Shown here: positions 39,001 to 51,663 of the stretch, piece by piece
Position numbering within the stretch: position 1 is the first letter of the stretch
Layout: the number at the start of each line of letters is the position of its first letter
Assembly: GCA_002633005.1 (NCBI GenBank)
Contig: NMRA01000333.1
Span: forward strand, 405,126 to 469,125
Direction: 5' to 3'
DNA from: Phoronis australis
Lineage: Eukaryota; Animalia; Phoronida
DNA length: 64,000 nucleotides
Made by a program: the position numbers and the translations under genes
Notes under the pieces: model-generated
What the model saw: the letters and a program-made list of their open reading frames with translations, nothing else
What the model was told of the DNA's origin: nothing
Databases searched by the model: none

Positions 39001-42000
39001 ATTGTATCTTTCCCGTACAGATCTTCTCCCTCAACAGAAAACCAGATTACTTTGTACAAGTGAAAACCGCGAATCGAAACTTGGCCAGTGTTAATGAGCA
39101 CGTGGCCAAGAAGCGCACGCTAGGGCCTACATATATGTGGGCCTGCTACTCTGGCAAATGAACTCTGGTGACACGCACGTGCTTGCTCACTCAGCACACA
39201 CCTGCAGACTAACTTTAAAACAAACGCATGTGACAACAACATGTGTGTTCATCCAAATTTTTCTTCTGTTGCGGGGTGCGATCTAGCGCAGACTTGGACT
39301 TAATCTGGGGTTAATCCCGACTCCATAGGAACTTAAAAATCCTAAGGACGCTATCTGGAAAACTTGAGGATTTCAGGTAATTTGTTGAGTCGAAACTGTA
39401 TTTTTACTCGAGAATTCAAGTTGCCCTATCGACGATCGCAAGGCAGCGACGCATCAGTCGGCAAGTTTTCGCCCTGGGATGTTATCACATTTGTTTTACA
39501 AAAAGATTGTAATTTAACAACAAAGTTTGATAGCAATACACCACAATTTTGTAGAAAGTCTGTCATAGGTTACAGATACGTCACAGCACATAAATTTGAT
39601 GAATTCTGGCTTCCGATTTAACCCATTATGGAGACCGGGTTTCAACCGCCTTAGGCTACAACAAGCGCCCCTCTCAGTTCCGAAACAAATTTTTCCAAGC
39701 ACCCTGGGTGCTTATTAGGGCGAATACAGTAGCCTTAATAAGTGGTGACATTGACGCACGAAACGATGATTTTTATGCGCCCACATATGTGGACGCATTA
39801 TGCCGTCATCTCCGTACGTCCGTCCGTTCGGGCGGCGTCCATCCGGCGTCCGCTGCTCTATCTCCAAAACCCTTTGACATATGTTCATGAAATTTGGCAC
39901 ATATGTTCCATGAATAGGACGGCGTGAGCGAACTTTCAGTCGGATCCAACTACCGGTATGCCCCCTAGCGGTAATTTTATTTTTTTACGTTAACTTTTGT
40001 ATCTTCAAAAGTCCTTAACGGATTTTCATGAAATTTAATATGTTGGCATCTATTAGTGAGGTGACGCTCTCCTCTCGTTTTCGGATGGATTCGACATAGT
40101 TTGCGCCACCTAGTGGCCATTTTTACTGTTTTCGAGTGTTTTTTTGCATCCACCCCTCTATCAACTAAACCGCTCAAAGGATGATTGTGAAAATTAGCAT
40201 GTATGTGCTTACTATGAAGGAGACGGTTGACGATGATTTTCCGACGATTTCGACTGCTGAGGCGCCTCCTGGTGGCAGTTTTTTTGCGCCTATGGCTGTA
40301 TCTCCTCAACTGTTCGTAGGATCTTTACAAAATTTAGTAAGTATATTTAGAGGATGTTAACAACGGACAAAGACGACTTTTGGACAGATCGGACAACCGG
40401 TGTGCCCTCTAGTGGCAATTTTTTTTTGTTTACGTTTACCTTTGTATCTTCAAAAGACCTTAACGGATTTTCATAAAATTTTAAATTTAGGCATCTATTG
40501 TTGTGATGACGCTATCTATCTGTTTTTGGATGGAATCTAGGTATTTTGCACCATCTAGTGGCCATTTTTGCTGTTTTCAAATCTTGTTTTTGGTGTCCAC
40601 TACTGTATCAACCAAATCATTTGAAAGTTGGCATATATGTTCTCAGTGTGAAGATGACCTTTGATGATGGTGACTGACTACTGTGGCGCCTCCTAGTGGT
40701 AGTTTTGTTTTGCACCCATAGTTGTATCTCTTAAACCCACTGCAGGATCTTTACTAAATTTAGTAAGTGTATTTATATGAAGATAACAACAGACGACGTC
40801 GACTTTCAAGCAGATCCAACAGACACTGTGCCCACTAGTGGCAATTTCATTTTATTCTGTTTTCCTTTGTTTCTCTGAAGTTCGTTGACAGATTTTTATG
40901 AAATATGGCATGTTCCTGTTTTTGGATGGATTGTATGTTTTTGCGCCATCTAGTGGCCATTTTTATGATACAAATAAATAACCCTAAAAGCACACCATTT
41001 GCAATGCATTCGTGGGCGCATTTCAACGCTCTGCATTGCGCTCGTTATTGACACTGGCAGCAAGTTTGTGGTGACAGACGCAAACAGCTGGGCGACTGAA
41101 TTTCGGGCTGGGCGAGTAAATTTTCTGGCTCACTCGTCCAGCTGGCGAGCAGGATTTTGAAATCCCTGATACATATAATCCTGGATATATCCCTGATACA
41201 TATAATCCTGGATATATCCCTGATACATATAATCCTGGATATATCCCTGATACATATAATCCTGGATAAATCCCTGAGCGTCGTCATCGTACTCATCATC
41301 ATCATCATGATTATTGTTTGTCTTTGATTTCACCCTGTGCTGCCCTCTAGCGCGCCTTTATTTTATGTTTGATCCTTCAAAAATTAACCATCGGACGTAT
41401 TGTTTATTTTCAGGAAGCGTGCTGCCGCTAAAGAGCTAATTGAAAAGTACTACTACCAACTCACTGAAGGCTGTGGCAATCCTGAATGTCCCAACCAAGA
41501 TTGTGCTTCAAGCCCAGTGTTCAAACACAAAGAAATAAGCAAGAACGATGCGGCTCTCAAATCTATTGAGCTGTTCAAAAACAAGGCACGTCTTTGCGAT
41601 GCCAAGCCATCGAAAATATCCAAACCCACTGATAAGGTCCTATTGCCTGAAGAACTGCAAGAGGCTGCTGCAACGAGCTCTGTTTGCCCTGCACCTGTAG
41701 CTAGTACATCAGAAAAGCTGATTAGCCCTGTGAAAAGTAGACCTGTGAAAAGTAGCCCTGCCTCAGGTAAGAATTGGTTGCTTGCGATTTTTCATTTTAT
41801 CCTTTGTTGATTTTTCAAATATGTTTGAAATAAGCAAAATTAATATTTTTTTTCATCACAATCAAATTGATGAATTTCCGTGGCATATTTCATGTTATAT
41901 TACTCTTAAGTTCATAAGGGAATCGAGAAAAATGGAGTAGTCGCATAATGAACTTTGATTAGTATTCAGAGTGTACAATAGTTTTTTGGTGCATTTTGTG

Positions 42001-45000
42001 TTTGATTTGTGATGTGAAATTATGGGTTAATTAAGGTAGAACGTTTTTCTAAAGTAACTTACATTCTTAGTTTCAGGTGCCATGGACCAACCCTTTTTGA
42101 CAGAGGAAAAGATGCTGTCTGTAATCGACACATGCTCAAGTACCAAAAACTGGTCACTGCTTATCAGAACAATTGGGCAAGTTTATAATAATCCAGACAT
42201 ATTAAAAAAGTGTTTTCTGAAAGATGACAAGAGTGCCAGTGACCCTGACAAAGACCTAGACTGTGTAGAGACTGCACAGTCTGGTGAGCTGATCAGACAG
42301 AGAAGATATGCGATGGACACTGATGAGATTTCACTGGACCTCGAATCAGTCAGGCGTGTGTATTCAGCCTTGTTCAGTATTCCCAATTTGCCTTTCCAGT
42401 CGGCGTTGATGAATGCTATAACCTACCTATGCGATAGCATGGATATCAGTCTGCGCCATCATGCCAAGATGGTAGAGAGTGATGTGGACTATCTCAATAT
42501 CTTCATCATTCTCACAGAGATTCCCAACCTACACAGCCCCGAGTTCCTTGAAGTCTTACCAGTTATCACCAAAACTTTTGGACTCCTTCCCTTGGTTGCA
42601 CAGTCAAAGCTTGCCCGTGTGTGGTCGCGGTATCCTGCTGACACACTGCGCTCATTAGTAGAGACATTGCAGCAGATGATTATTATCCGTGTGGTCTCGC
42701 ACGAATGGCACCAGCGGAGGCTAGTAAATGATGATATGGGAATAGTTGGTGCGACCAAGGTGTTGAGAATTATCTATTATGCCTCATTATATGGTGGCAG
42801 TAAAGACTTGCCTAGTGTACTTGAGCAGGAGTTGTTTGATGAAGAATATGACAGTGGTTTAAATGACCCCTTTCAGGGGGCGCTAGGGCATGAGCCTAAG
42901 GACAGACCTACTATCAAGGAAGAGCCATTGGGCAAATCTCTGAGTGTGAAACCTCTAGACTGTCGGGAACCTTTGCTGTCATTTGAGAAATTTATCAATG
43001 AACCATTGAATGATAAAATCGAAATGGACCAGGACTTCATGTACTACAAACAGGAGGAGAAGTTTTCATTTTTCAATTATAGTTTTATTCTGACAACTAC
43101 AAACAAAAGTCTAGGAATGTATTTTGATAACCGAATAAGAATGTTGAATGAGCGAAGGACTTCATTGCTGCAGAGTCTCGTTCACGGGTCTCCCACCATG
43201 CCATACTTGCGCCTGAGGATTCGCAGAGATCATGTGATAGATGACGCTCTAGTTGGGGTGAGGAAACATGGCAGGGGATGAATAGAAATAGTGGCAGTAG
43301 TGGTGGGTCAGTTCATGAATAAGCTGATACAGATACAGATACTGATACAGATACTGATACTGATACAGATACAAAATTGGCTGCCACTTGTAAATCAGTG
43401 TCTGACAATCTGAAATTTTTATGAAGTTATGTGCATTTCACAATAACAAGCCTCGTGATTTCCAATACTTATTTGAGGTGAAATTCTTGCAATAGACAGG
43501 AAACAGAATACACACATTCTGGTCCTCCTTCATCCCACTGTTGTGCCAGCATAAGCCTCTTGCAACATTAGCAGTTTTTGTGTCTTTCTACTGTTTTAAT
43601 ATTGCTTAACAAGGCCGAAGTGATATTCAGGGCTTGGAATTTTCCACGGAAACGCGGATTTCCGCTTTTTTCAAATGTGCTTTCCGCTTTTTTTATAATA
43701 TTTCCGCGTAAAAAAATCGGATTTTATATAAAATTTCCGCGGCAAATTCCTTTCTTACCGCGGCGTTGCAGACGACATTCACCTCGGAAAGCGGAAGTTG
43801 CTCTTTATGTTTCGGAGGAACGTAAATTGTCAACATTGCCGGGGCATCTGGGACAGCGTGGTGGGATTTTCAATGGCCCCTCGTGTTATTGTTAAGCACG
43901 GCGACAAATACTACCGCTCTGCAGCCAAAAATGTGTGGGTTGGGAGTGTGGACGGGCGAGCTAAAAGGACGCAGACGCATGCTACTGATGGTGGTAACCT
44001 TTTTTTTTTTTAGTCCCGATTTTTGTCAGGGAAAGGTTTCACATTGACCATTTCAAGGCTGGTTATCGGGCATGATTTGGGCCGTAAAAATTTCAAAGTT
44101 TCCGCGTTTTTTGTCATTGGTCATTCCAAGCCCTGGATATTGCAATTTGTTTGTTATTTCTTTGATGTGAAGAATCACAAAATGCAAACATTGTAGCAGG
44201 TGGGTTTAGTGTAAAAGCAAGTTCAGACACTCATTTTGAAGTTTGGTCTGATCCTAGAAGCTGGTTAACTTAAACCTCCCTGTACTTTGGAATAGGGCAC
44301 TTCGAGAGGGTTGCTATCTGTGGACCTGTAGAGTAAATGCCAAATGTAATGTGATCAAGTAACCTGGATTTCCATGTCACGACACAATCGTAATTCATGT
44401 CATTTGTTTGTGGAATGACGGGGAATTCACTGGATTGTTAGCGTAGTGAAAACACTGTTCTGGTCATTACCCTTCATTTTCATTAGCACAAGTAGTTTCC
44501 ATGTCTAGCAATTCTGTCTTTTTACGTTTAGCTTATACTGTATAATGATGTTAGCAAATAATTCATTTTCACTATATCTTCAAGCTTGAAATGGCAGCTA
44601 TGGACAACCCACAAGACCTAAAGAAGCAACTCTATGTGGAGTTTGATGGTGAGCAGGGCATTGACGAGGGAGGCGTCTCCAAGGAGTTCTTCCAGCTGGT
44701 CATTGAAGAGCTGTTCAATCCTGACTTTGGTGTGTTAACTATAATGTTTATCAGGGCTTTACATAAGCGAATAAACGTTTGAAAATACCAGTGGAAAAAA
44801 TAAAATATGAGTAGAAAATTTACCTCACTCGTATGGTTGCTAAGCTGACGTTCAGGGTTTTTTCTTTTTTTTTGGTCGCCTCTATTAAGGAGCCCAAATC
44901 CGGTAATACGAGTGGCAAATAAGACATCTCATATTTTCAAGCAGAGATTTCCGCTGGCGTCCAACGCTGGTTATTATTTAATTGTATACCATCAATATTA

Positions 45001-48000
45001 AAACGGTCATTTCAAAGCCCCATGCAGCGGTATCTTTGAAACCATTGTTTTGGTTTGTGTTTTTGAGTTAAAACCTTTGAGAGTTAACATGATAAAACCA
45101 CAGACCGGGTGGAGTTCATTAATTACAGGAAGAGTCACTGATTTATTGTGGTGTGAAGCTTGGGATTTTGGCTTGGCCTAATTAATGCTATGTGGGACTT
45201 TATATGGCAGTGTGTGATTGGTTGAATCTGTGTCATGTATTTGTGGAAAGGGACTCTGCTTTATTAATCAATATGCTCTGTTTGATAGTATGGTGAAATC
45301 ATGTACATTTCAGACAAATCGCCAAAAAGTCCCTTTTTATGCGCCCATATGTGGATGCATTATTCCGCCATTCCCGTCCGTACGGTGTCCGCTGCTCTAT
45401 CTCCAGAATCCTTTGACGTATGTTCATCAAATTTTGCATGTCTTCCATTCATGGATGGGGTGGCGTAAGCGAACTTTTGGACGGATTTGACTATCGGTGT
45501 GCCCCCTAGTGGCAATTTTATTTTTTTACGCTGCGGCTTACCTCAGTATCTTCATAGGTCCTCTGCGTATTTTCATAAAATTTGTCATATAGGCATCTAT
45601 TAGCGAGATGACACGATCCTCCCGTTTTTGGTTGGATTCGACGTACTTTGTGGCACCTAGTGGCCATGCTTACTATTTTTGGGTCTTTTTTTGGCGTCAA
45701 CCCCTCTACCAAACCGCTGTAAGGATGATTGTGAAAATTGGCATGTGTGTTCTTACAGAGGATGGCTCGTGATGATTTTCCGACTTTGACTACTGGGGTG
45801 CCTCCTAGTGGCAATTTGTTTTTTTGCGCCCATGGCTATATCTCCTAAACCACTTGCAGGATCTTTACTAAATTTAGCAAGTGTATTTATATGATGTTGA
45901 CAATGGACGACGATCACTTTCGGACGGTTCTTACTACCGGTTTGCCGCCTAGTGGCAATTTTAGTTTTTACATTTACCTTTGTATCTTCAAAGGTCCTCA
46001 ACGGATTTTCATAAAATTTGGAATATACGAATCTATTGGTGAGATGGCGCTATCCTGTTTTCAAATGAAATCGAGGAATTTTGCCATCTAGTTGCCATTT
46101 TTGCTGTTTTTGAGTGTTTTTTGGCATCCACTCCTATGTCAACCAAACCATTCTAAAGATGATTTTGAAAATTGGTGTTCTCAGTGTCAAGAGGACGGTT
46201 GACAATGACGACTTCGACTACTGTGGCGCCTCCTAGTGGTAGTTTTTTTGGGCCCATAGTTGTATCTCCTAAACCTACTGCAGGATCTTTATGAAACGTA
46301 GTAAGTGTATTTATATGAAGTGAACAACAGATGACGATGACTTTCAAGTGGATCCAATGAACGCCCCCTGGTGGCAATTTCATTTTGTTTCCGTTTTCCT
46401 TTGTTTCTCTGAAGTTCCTTGACAGATTTTTATGAAATTTTGTAAATAGCTTTCTATTAAAGAAGTGATGGCATGTTCCCGTTTTCGAATGGATTGGACA
46501 TTTTTGCACCATCTAGTGGCCATTTTATGATACAAATAAACAACCCTAGAAGCACCCTGTTTGCAATGCATTTGTGGGTGCATTTCAATGCTCTGCGTTG
46601 CTCTTGTTTATAGTTCAAGTTTAACATTGTTGTCGGATGCCCACAGTTTTTGGAATTATTATCTTTATTGAATGTAAAAATGAAATTGACTTGTCCACCA
46701 GATTGTGACCTAAAGTGGTAAGATTTTACCATCTGTAAAAGTTTTTTATCAGATTTTGCTGAGGTACGTAGTCAGCATGGCCTAGATTGGTTCTTCTTTT
46801 ACAGTAGTGTTAAATTCTCATCTGTAGCTCATTTGCACTTATAAAGTGAAATTCAACAATTCCACAGAGTACACGAGAGTTCTGAATTGAGATGTCTTCT
46901 AGTTGACAAGATCCTTCTTTGAACGATTCGCTTGATGTGAATGTCCTGTGCTCTTCCTATGTACATGTAGGTATGTTCACGTACGATGATGAAACTAACA
47001 ACTACTGGTTCAACTCGTCTTCGTTTGAGAACGACGCCCAGTTCATGTTGATCGGCATTCTGCTGGGGCTGGCCATCTATAACCATGTGATTCTGGATAT
47101 ACACTTCCCAATGGTCGTCTACAGGAAGTTATTGGGCAAGAGGGGTACACTGGCGGACATGTTCAAATCACACCCGGTACTGTACCGCCCTCTAATTGAT
47201 CTAGGGAAATAGTGCGACATGTGGGATCTTCTTAAGTCATTCACAATTTCATGAGCATCTTATATAACTCTGAATATCTATTTTCCAATCTATATTTAAG
47301 TAGTTACTTGTTATCAAAAAGTTTTGTATAGATTCTAGTTTTCCATTTTCAAAAACAGAAAAATACATTTTATCAGAATTATGTTTTCTTCTGTAAATTA
47401 TGAAATTTCATTGTATTTCAAAATGATTAATAGCATACAAATGATCTGTTAATTGCCTTATTCCGCTAAATATGCCGCAGCTCTGTTTTATTGATGCCTT
47501 GCTCAGCACCACCTTCAGGAACAATGAAAATGTCCGATGCAAAACAATCAACGAACGATTTGTGGTCAAAATGTGTCAGAATTTGATGGTTGGTATTCTC
47601 AGTTTTTGATGATCAAAAGCCAAACGTATGACAGATATGATTGATTTCCGCTATTTAAAATTTGTAATGCGAGTAAGAACTTTAATTCCATTTTCCGTTA
47701 TCGTAGAAAAGAAGCCAGGGTCTCTGTTTATGTTGTTTTATCGCAACATGGCATTGCATACAAATGGTTACGTACACCTACTGCATGACAATGGCTTTGA
47801 AGTAGGTATTTATGACAAGTTTTATGCAAAGAATGCACGCAATATTTTGCCTTCACACAATAAATGGTATTAAGATCAAACATTTATTCAGAAGCCAACT
47901 CCAGCATGTATTATCTTACTGAAAGCCAGTTAAGGTTATCTCCCCATGTAACCACATGGTATTTTGTTATGAAAAAAAGTGTGTCATAATCTTGATTTGG

Positions 48001-51000
48001 CGCCAGAAGTTATGCCAAGTGGCCATGTCTACTTTTGATAACTTTGGCTTCCCTTTCTTGTAAATTGATGTGGAACTATTTTAGAGTGAACTCATTATGT
48101 AGAAAATAAATTTGAAACTAAATAAGGCGATCAAGATCCTCTCGAGGATACTATTGTTTCACGAAATGTAGAATATACGTACTAAAACAACAAGAATAGA
48201 TCAGAAACAGAAATAAAGTAAAATCAAACACTTTAAGATGTGGCGTAATGAATATGTTACATTGTTGCGGAAAAAATTCAAGGATATTATTCAAGAAGTT
48301 TTTATGTTTAATCCATTAGGTTCAAGTGTATTGAGCTTATCTATCCAAAATTGTTCTCTTTTGAGTCTGAGAGGGGTACTGGGGTATTGGAGTTTTTCTA
48401 TTATTTGTACAGAAAGATCTTGAAGATTATGATTTTTGGAATTTACAAAAACTATAATTATGATTATGCATTATTTGCATTTACTTCATTCGCAGACTTT
48501 GGCCCGAAGCTTGCGCCACCTACTGGACTATGAGGGAAATGTGGAAGATGATTTTATGATCAACTTCCAAGTTGGTGATCATGACTTATTTGGTGCTGCT
48601 CGCTGTCATTCACTTAAGGTGGGCGGAGACAAGTTACATGTAACCAATGATAATAGACAGGTGAGGAAGTAATGGCACGAAATTTTGTCAGTAATGCTTG
48701 AAACTGAAACTATTTATTTTATTTGTTTAATCTCTGTAGTTATTAAAAAGCTCCTTTGTCACTGAATCATTTTCTTTCATGCTGAGCTTAGTTAGGTTTA
48801 GCTATAGTTTCTGTCTGTATTGTATTAAACAGAACGTGTTTGAAGTACAAACTGCTGCAGTTTTTACAGTCACCATAGTCCAAGTTGTATTGCATTCAAC
48901 ATTCCTACATTTTAATTGACACTTTTTAGTTGTAACATTTCACCTAATAATTGCCAAAATAATCTTTTTTGCAGTTTTTAAAGGCTAACATTGTTGGGAA
49001 TACCCAGCCAAATTTTCTCAAAACGTCTTATGGTTGCTATGGCGTAGAATTTTAACCGTGTTTGGTGCTACTTAGTATGTTTTTATGAAATAAATTAACA
49101 GGAATTTACTTCTATGCCATATTACCACTCGGGTAATATTTTACTGTATGTTCAGAGAATAAGAATACGCTTATAAGAAAGTCGGCACTCTGTGTGTGCC
49201 TTCTGATTTTGACAGTATGTTTACTCCGCATGTACAAATTTTTCCTTCATGTTTCTTTCTAGGAGTATGTTGATCTGTATGCGGACTACCTGTTGAACAA
49301 GTCCATTGAGAAACAGTTCCGTGCGTTCAAGCGGGGCTTCCAAATGGTCACAGATGAAAGCCCTCTGAAAATGTTGTTTAGACCTGACGAAATAGAACTG
49401 CTTATATGTGGAAGTGAGGTGAGACCTAAGTCCAACAAAGTCAACATGGCAGCTTTCTGTATGTTGAGTTTGGAGAGATATTGCAAGTCTTCTCGAAGCA
49501 TTGACGGCCATCGCTAGTGAAGCACGTGATCTCATTCGTGTTAACTTGCGAGTATCTTGCTTTACACAACAGTCCCTACGTCTTTTTATAATGACTTTTG
49601 TGTAGGCATTAAGGTCTGTTATTTTGCACACTCTCTTCATTCAATGTACCTACTTGTTTTCTTACTCTTGCTTTATAAGGAGTGATGTAGTCATTTGTAT
49701 TATATGTGTTCTTATGCTTGTTTCAGAGTTTACATGTTCATATGGGATGTCAGAATATAGTCTGACAGTATTTTTAGTTGTATTGTTTTGTTTTGTTATT
49801 CTGTTTGATTGGCATGACCCCTGAGTTAAGTACAATGATGATGTAATTTGTTTACTACACAATAGTGTGGAACTTTCTAGAAGACTCTAGCATGACAGTG
49901 ATTAAGGCAGTCTGGAATATTCTAGAGACTAGTATATGTTTGTAGAATGGTTCGATAGATTCAGGAAAGTTCTAGAATGTGCTTGAATTGATGAAAAGTT
50001 CCAGAACAATGCATTAGGCTATAAATACACAAGCACGGGTTTGTGTTAGTCAGATCAAGTCAGAGAGATCAAGTCAGTTCAAGAAAGTTTATCAGGAGAA
50101 TTACAGTTGAGTTGCAGTAAAGAAAATCAGAAGTTACAGCGATAGTCAATAGAGAGCCAGCTATAGAGACAGCAGGTTATTGAATTGATGAGTGTAACAG
50201 TTGCTGAACGTGTCTCAGAAGTTCATCACAAGTCAAGGCTTGGCAGCACTGGCTGGAGCATAAACAGACTTTACGTCGGACGTTTTGTAGGCTTGTGAAT
50301 GTACGGTCGGGATTAATAAAGGATTAACTCGAAAGAGTCTTCACTCAATCGTCGCACCGAAAGCTATTAGCACTGAACTGTAACAACCTGCGTCCACCCA
50401 CACACGGGCAAAAACGTGACATGGGATGTCTATTTGCACATGTAACAGATGTGATGTTTGTTTTCATAATCACAGAAAACTAGAAGGATGTTCTGTCGAC
50501 CATAGTGGTGCATCATGGTAGTTTGTGCTGTAAACCATTTCAGAGGATTTGCTGTATTGACATATTGGTGTATGAGGTAATTCTTGTATGTTCCTTTGTA
50601 GCATTTTGACTTCCATGCCTTAGAAGAAGCCACTGACTATGATGGAGGGTTCACTAAGTCATCAACTGCAATCAAGTAAGTTGGGGTGTTTACACTCCAA
50701 ATGCCGTTATTCAAGAACATCTTTGGTGTTACATTCTCCGTAGGTGACTAACTTATTAGTAACTGTGGCATCAATTACATGTAGTCAGTTGTTTGTGCCA
50801 CTCAGTCATGTAGTCAGTTGTTTGCGCAGTGTTTGTTAAACAGTTGATGCCACCATCTCCTCCATTTTGTTATAGAAAACCTTTTGTGGCAAGTAAACAT
50901 TCCTAATTTTACATGGAGTACATTGTTTTCAGTTGTTGCTAGATTTTTTGCTGTTAACTTGATAAGGCTGGCAATTTTAACGTGACTGTATGTGACCTGG

Positions 51001-51663
51001 ATATAAATAAGTGATGTGAACTTCAGATTCTTCTGGGAAGTCGTGCACGAGATGAGCGATGAGGAGAAGCGAAAGCTGCTACAGTTCACGACAGGAAGTG
51101 ACCGAGTGCCCGTGGGAGGACTGGCTAAACTGAAACTGATCATTGCACGTAACGGCCCCGATACTGACAGGTGAACACGGGCATATCTAAGCAAGAACAG
51201 ATTCCTGTTGGATGTTTAATTGTATTTTTGCATGTTCAAACGTTATCAAAGCTCTAAAATTCATTTTGAAAACAATTTTAAGTAAAATGAGATGAATGGA
51301 AATGACTCGAGTCATGTGATTAGTAACATGTTCATTAATTGGCATAATGGTCATCACTGGCAACATGTAATATTTACATTTACATTTCAGGCTGCCTACG
51401 TCTCATACATGTAATATTTACATTTCAGGCTGCCTACGTCTCATACATGTAATATTTACATTTCAGGCTGCCTACGTCTCATACATGTAATATTTACATT
51501 TCAGGCTGCCTACGTCTCATACATGTAATATTTACATTTCAGGCTGCCTACGTCTCATACATGTTTCAACGTTTTACTGCTCCCAGATTACTCGAATAAA
51601 GACAAGCTGAGAGAGCGCCTTCTCAAGGCAATAACACATGCAAAAGGGTTTGGCATGTTGTAG
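33009..51663 (+). CDS. UBE3A: Ubiquitin-protein ligase E3A (E6AP, AZUL + HECT); exons (32957)33009-33010, 41414-41766, 42071/42077-43257, 44585-44729, 46971-47176, 48496-48660, 49263-49418, 50602-50675, 51027-51170, 51543-51663
   Basis: AT|[31 protein letters not shown] (AZUL); [18 protein letters not shown]|[31 protein letters not shown]; [13 protein letters not shown]; [23 protein letters not shown]. All junctions GT-AG and in phase. The ATG-donating exon at 32957-33010 is less certain. Confidence 0.93.
33178..33371. repeat. 50-bp tandem repeat x4
   Basis: acacctattgagtggccatggttggctactgaataatattggtatgtagt; period 50. Confidence 0.92.
33711..36456. mobile_element. Non-autonomous hAT-like element (~2.7 kb)
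   Basis: cagggctc...gagccctg termini; subterminal ggtcgca/tgcgacc repeats at both ends; flanked by ataat in an (atc)n tract; contains a 22-bp x4 repeat at 35098-35186. Confidence 0.65.
37118..38835 (+). mobile_element. Large DNA-transposon-like element, copy B (inverted relative to A)
   Basis: For example aatacatcacttgataggtctcaccgatagctttcaaagcatgt (37201) is the reverse complement of 32225-32269. Confidence 0.65.
39771..41046 (+). mobile_element. HINE/DINE-like Helentron derivative, copy 2
   Basis: 5' ttttatgcgcccacatatgtggacgcat hairpin, (ccgt)n tract, 3' subterminal IR gtgggcgcat plus stem-loop caacgc..gcattg, ends in tt; 8 internal motif subunits. Confidence 0.8.
43628..44135. mobile_element. 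hAT-type MITE, 508 bp
   Basis: Perfect 13-bp TIR cagggcttggaat/attccaagccctg; gatatt repeated on both flanks; subterminal tttccgc repeats. Confidence 0.85.
45334..46608 (+). mobile_element. HINE/DINE-like Helentron derivative, copy 3
   Basis: Same termini as 39771-41046; 8 motif subunits. Confidence 0.8.
48120..48445 (-). mobile_element. Penelope-like 3' fragment (same family as 21650-22380)
   Basis: tatgtttaatccattaggttcaagtgt..agcttatctatccaaaattgttc shared with 21927-21981. Confidence 0.75.
49748..50421 (+). mobile_element. Solo LTR (674 bp) with heat-shock-element cluster
   Basis: tgtca...tgaca termini; 5-bp TSD tggga (49743-47, 50422-26); TATA tataaata ~50020; aataaa ~50315; nGAAnnTTCnnGAAn arrays at 49870, 49915, 49960, 49994. 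Confidence 0.85.
51363..51564 (+). repeat. 38-bp tandem repeat x5 spanning the last UBE3A splice acceptor
   Basis: Unit gctgcctacgtctcatacatgtaatatttacatttcag; acceptors precede 51391, 51429, 51467, 51505, 51543. Confidence 0.97.

Larger units (their letters stand above)
36545..41276. mobile_element. Probable hAT-like element split by nested insertions
   Basis: cagggata at 36545 and aaatccctg at 41168/41276, with shared subterminal tgggcgag/tggcgagc motifs; 27-bp x4 amplification of the right end (41163-41276); no matching TSD. Confidence 0.45.

Noticed and set aside
44752-45020. Possible further hAT MITE (cagggcttt...aaagcccc)
   Set aside because: TIR match short and no TSD.
5288-51663. 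Cluster of three ubiquitin-ligase-type genes (TRIM, NFXL1, UBE3A), and a HERC2-like domain near its known partner E6AP
   Set aside because: E3 genes are abundant and nothing in the sequence shows co-regulation; worth only a synteny check.
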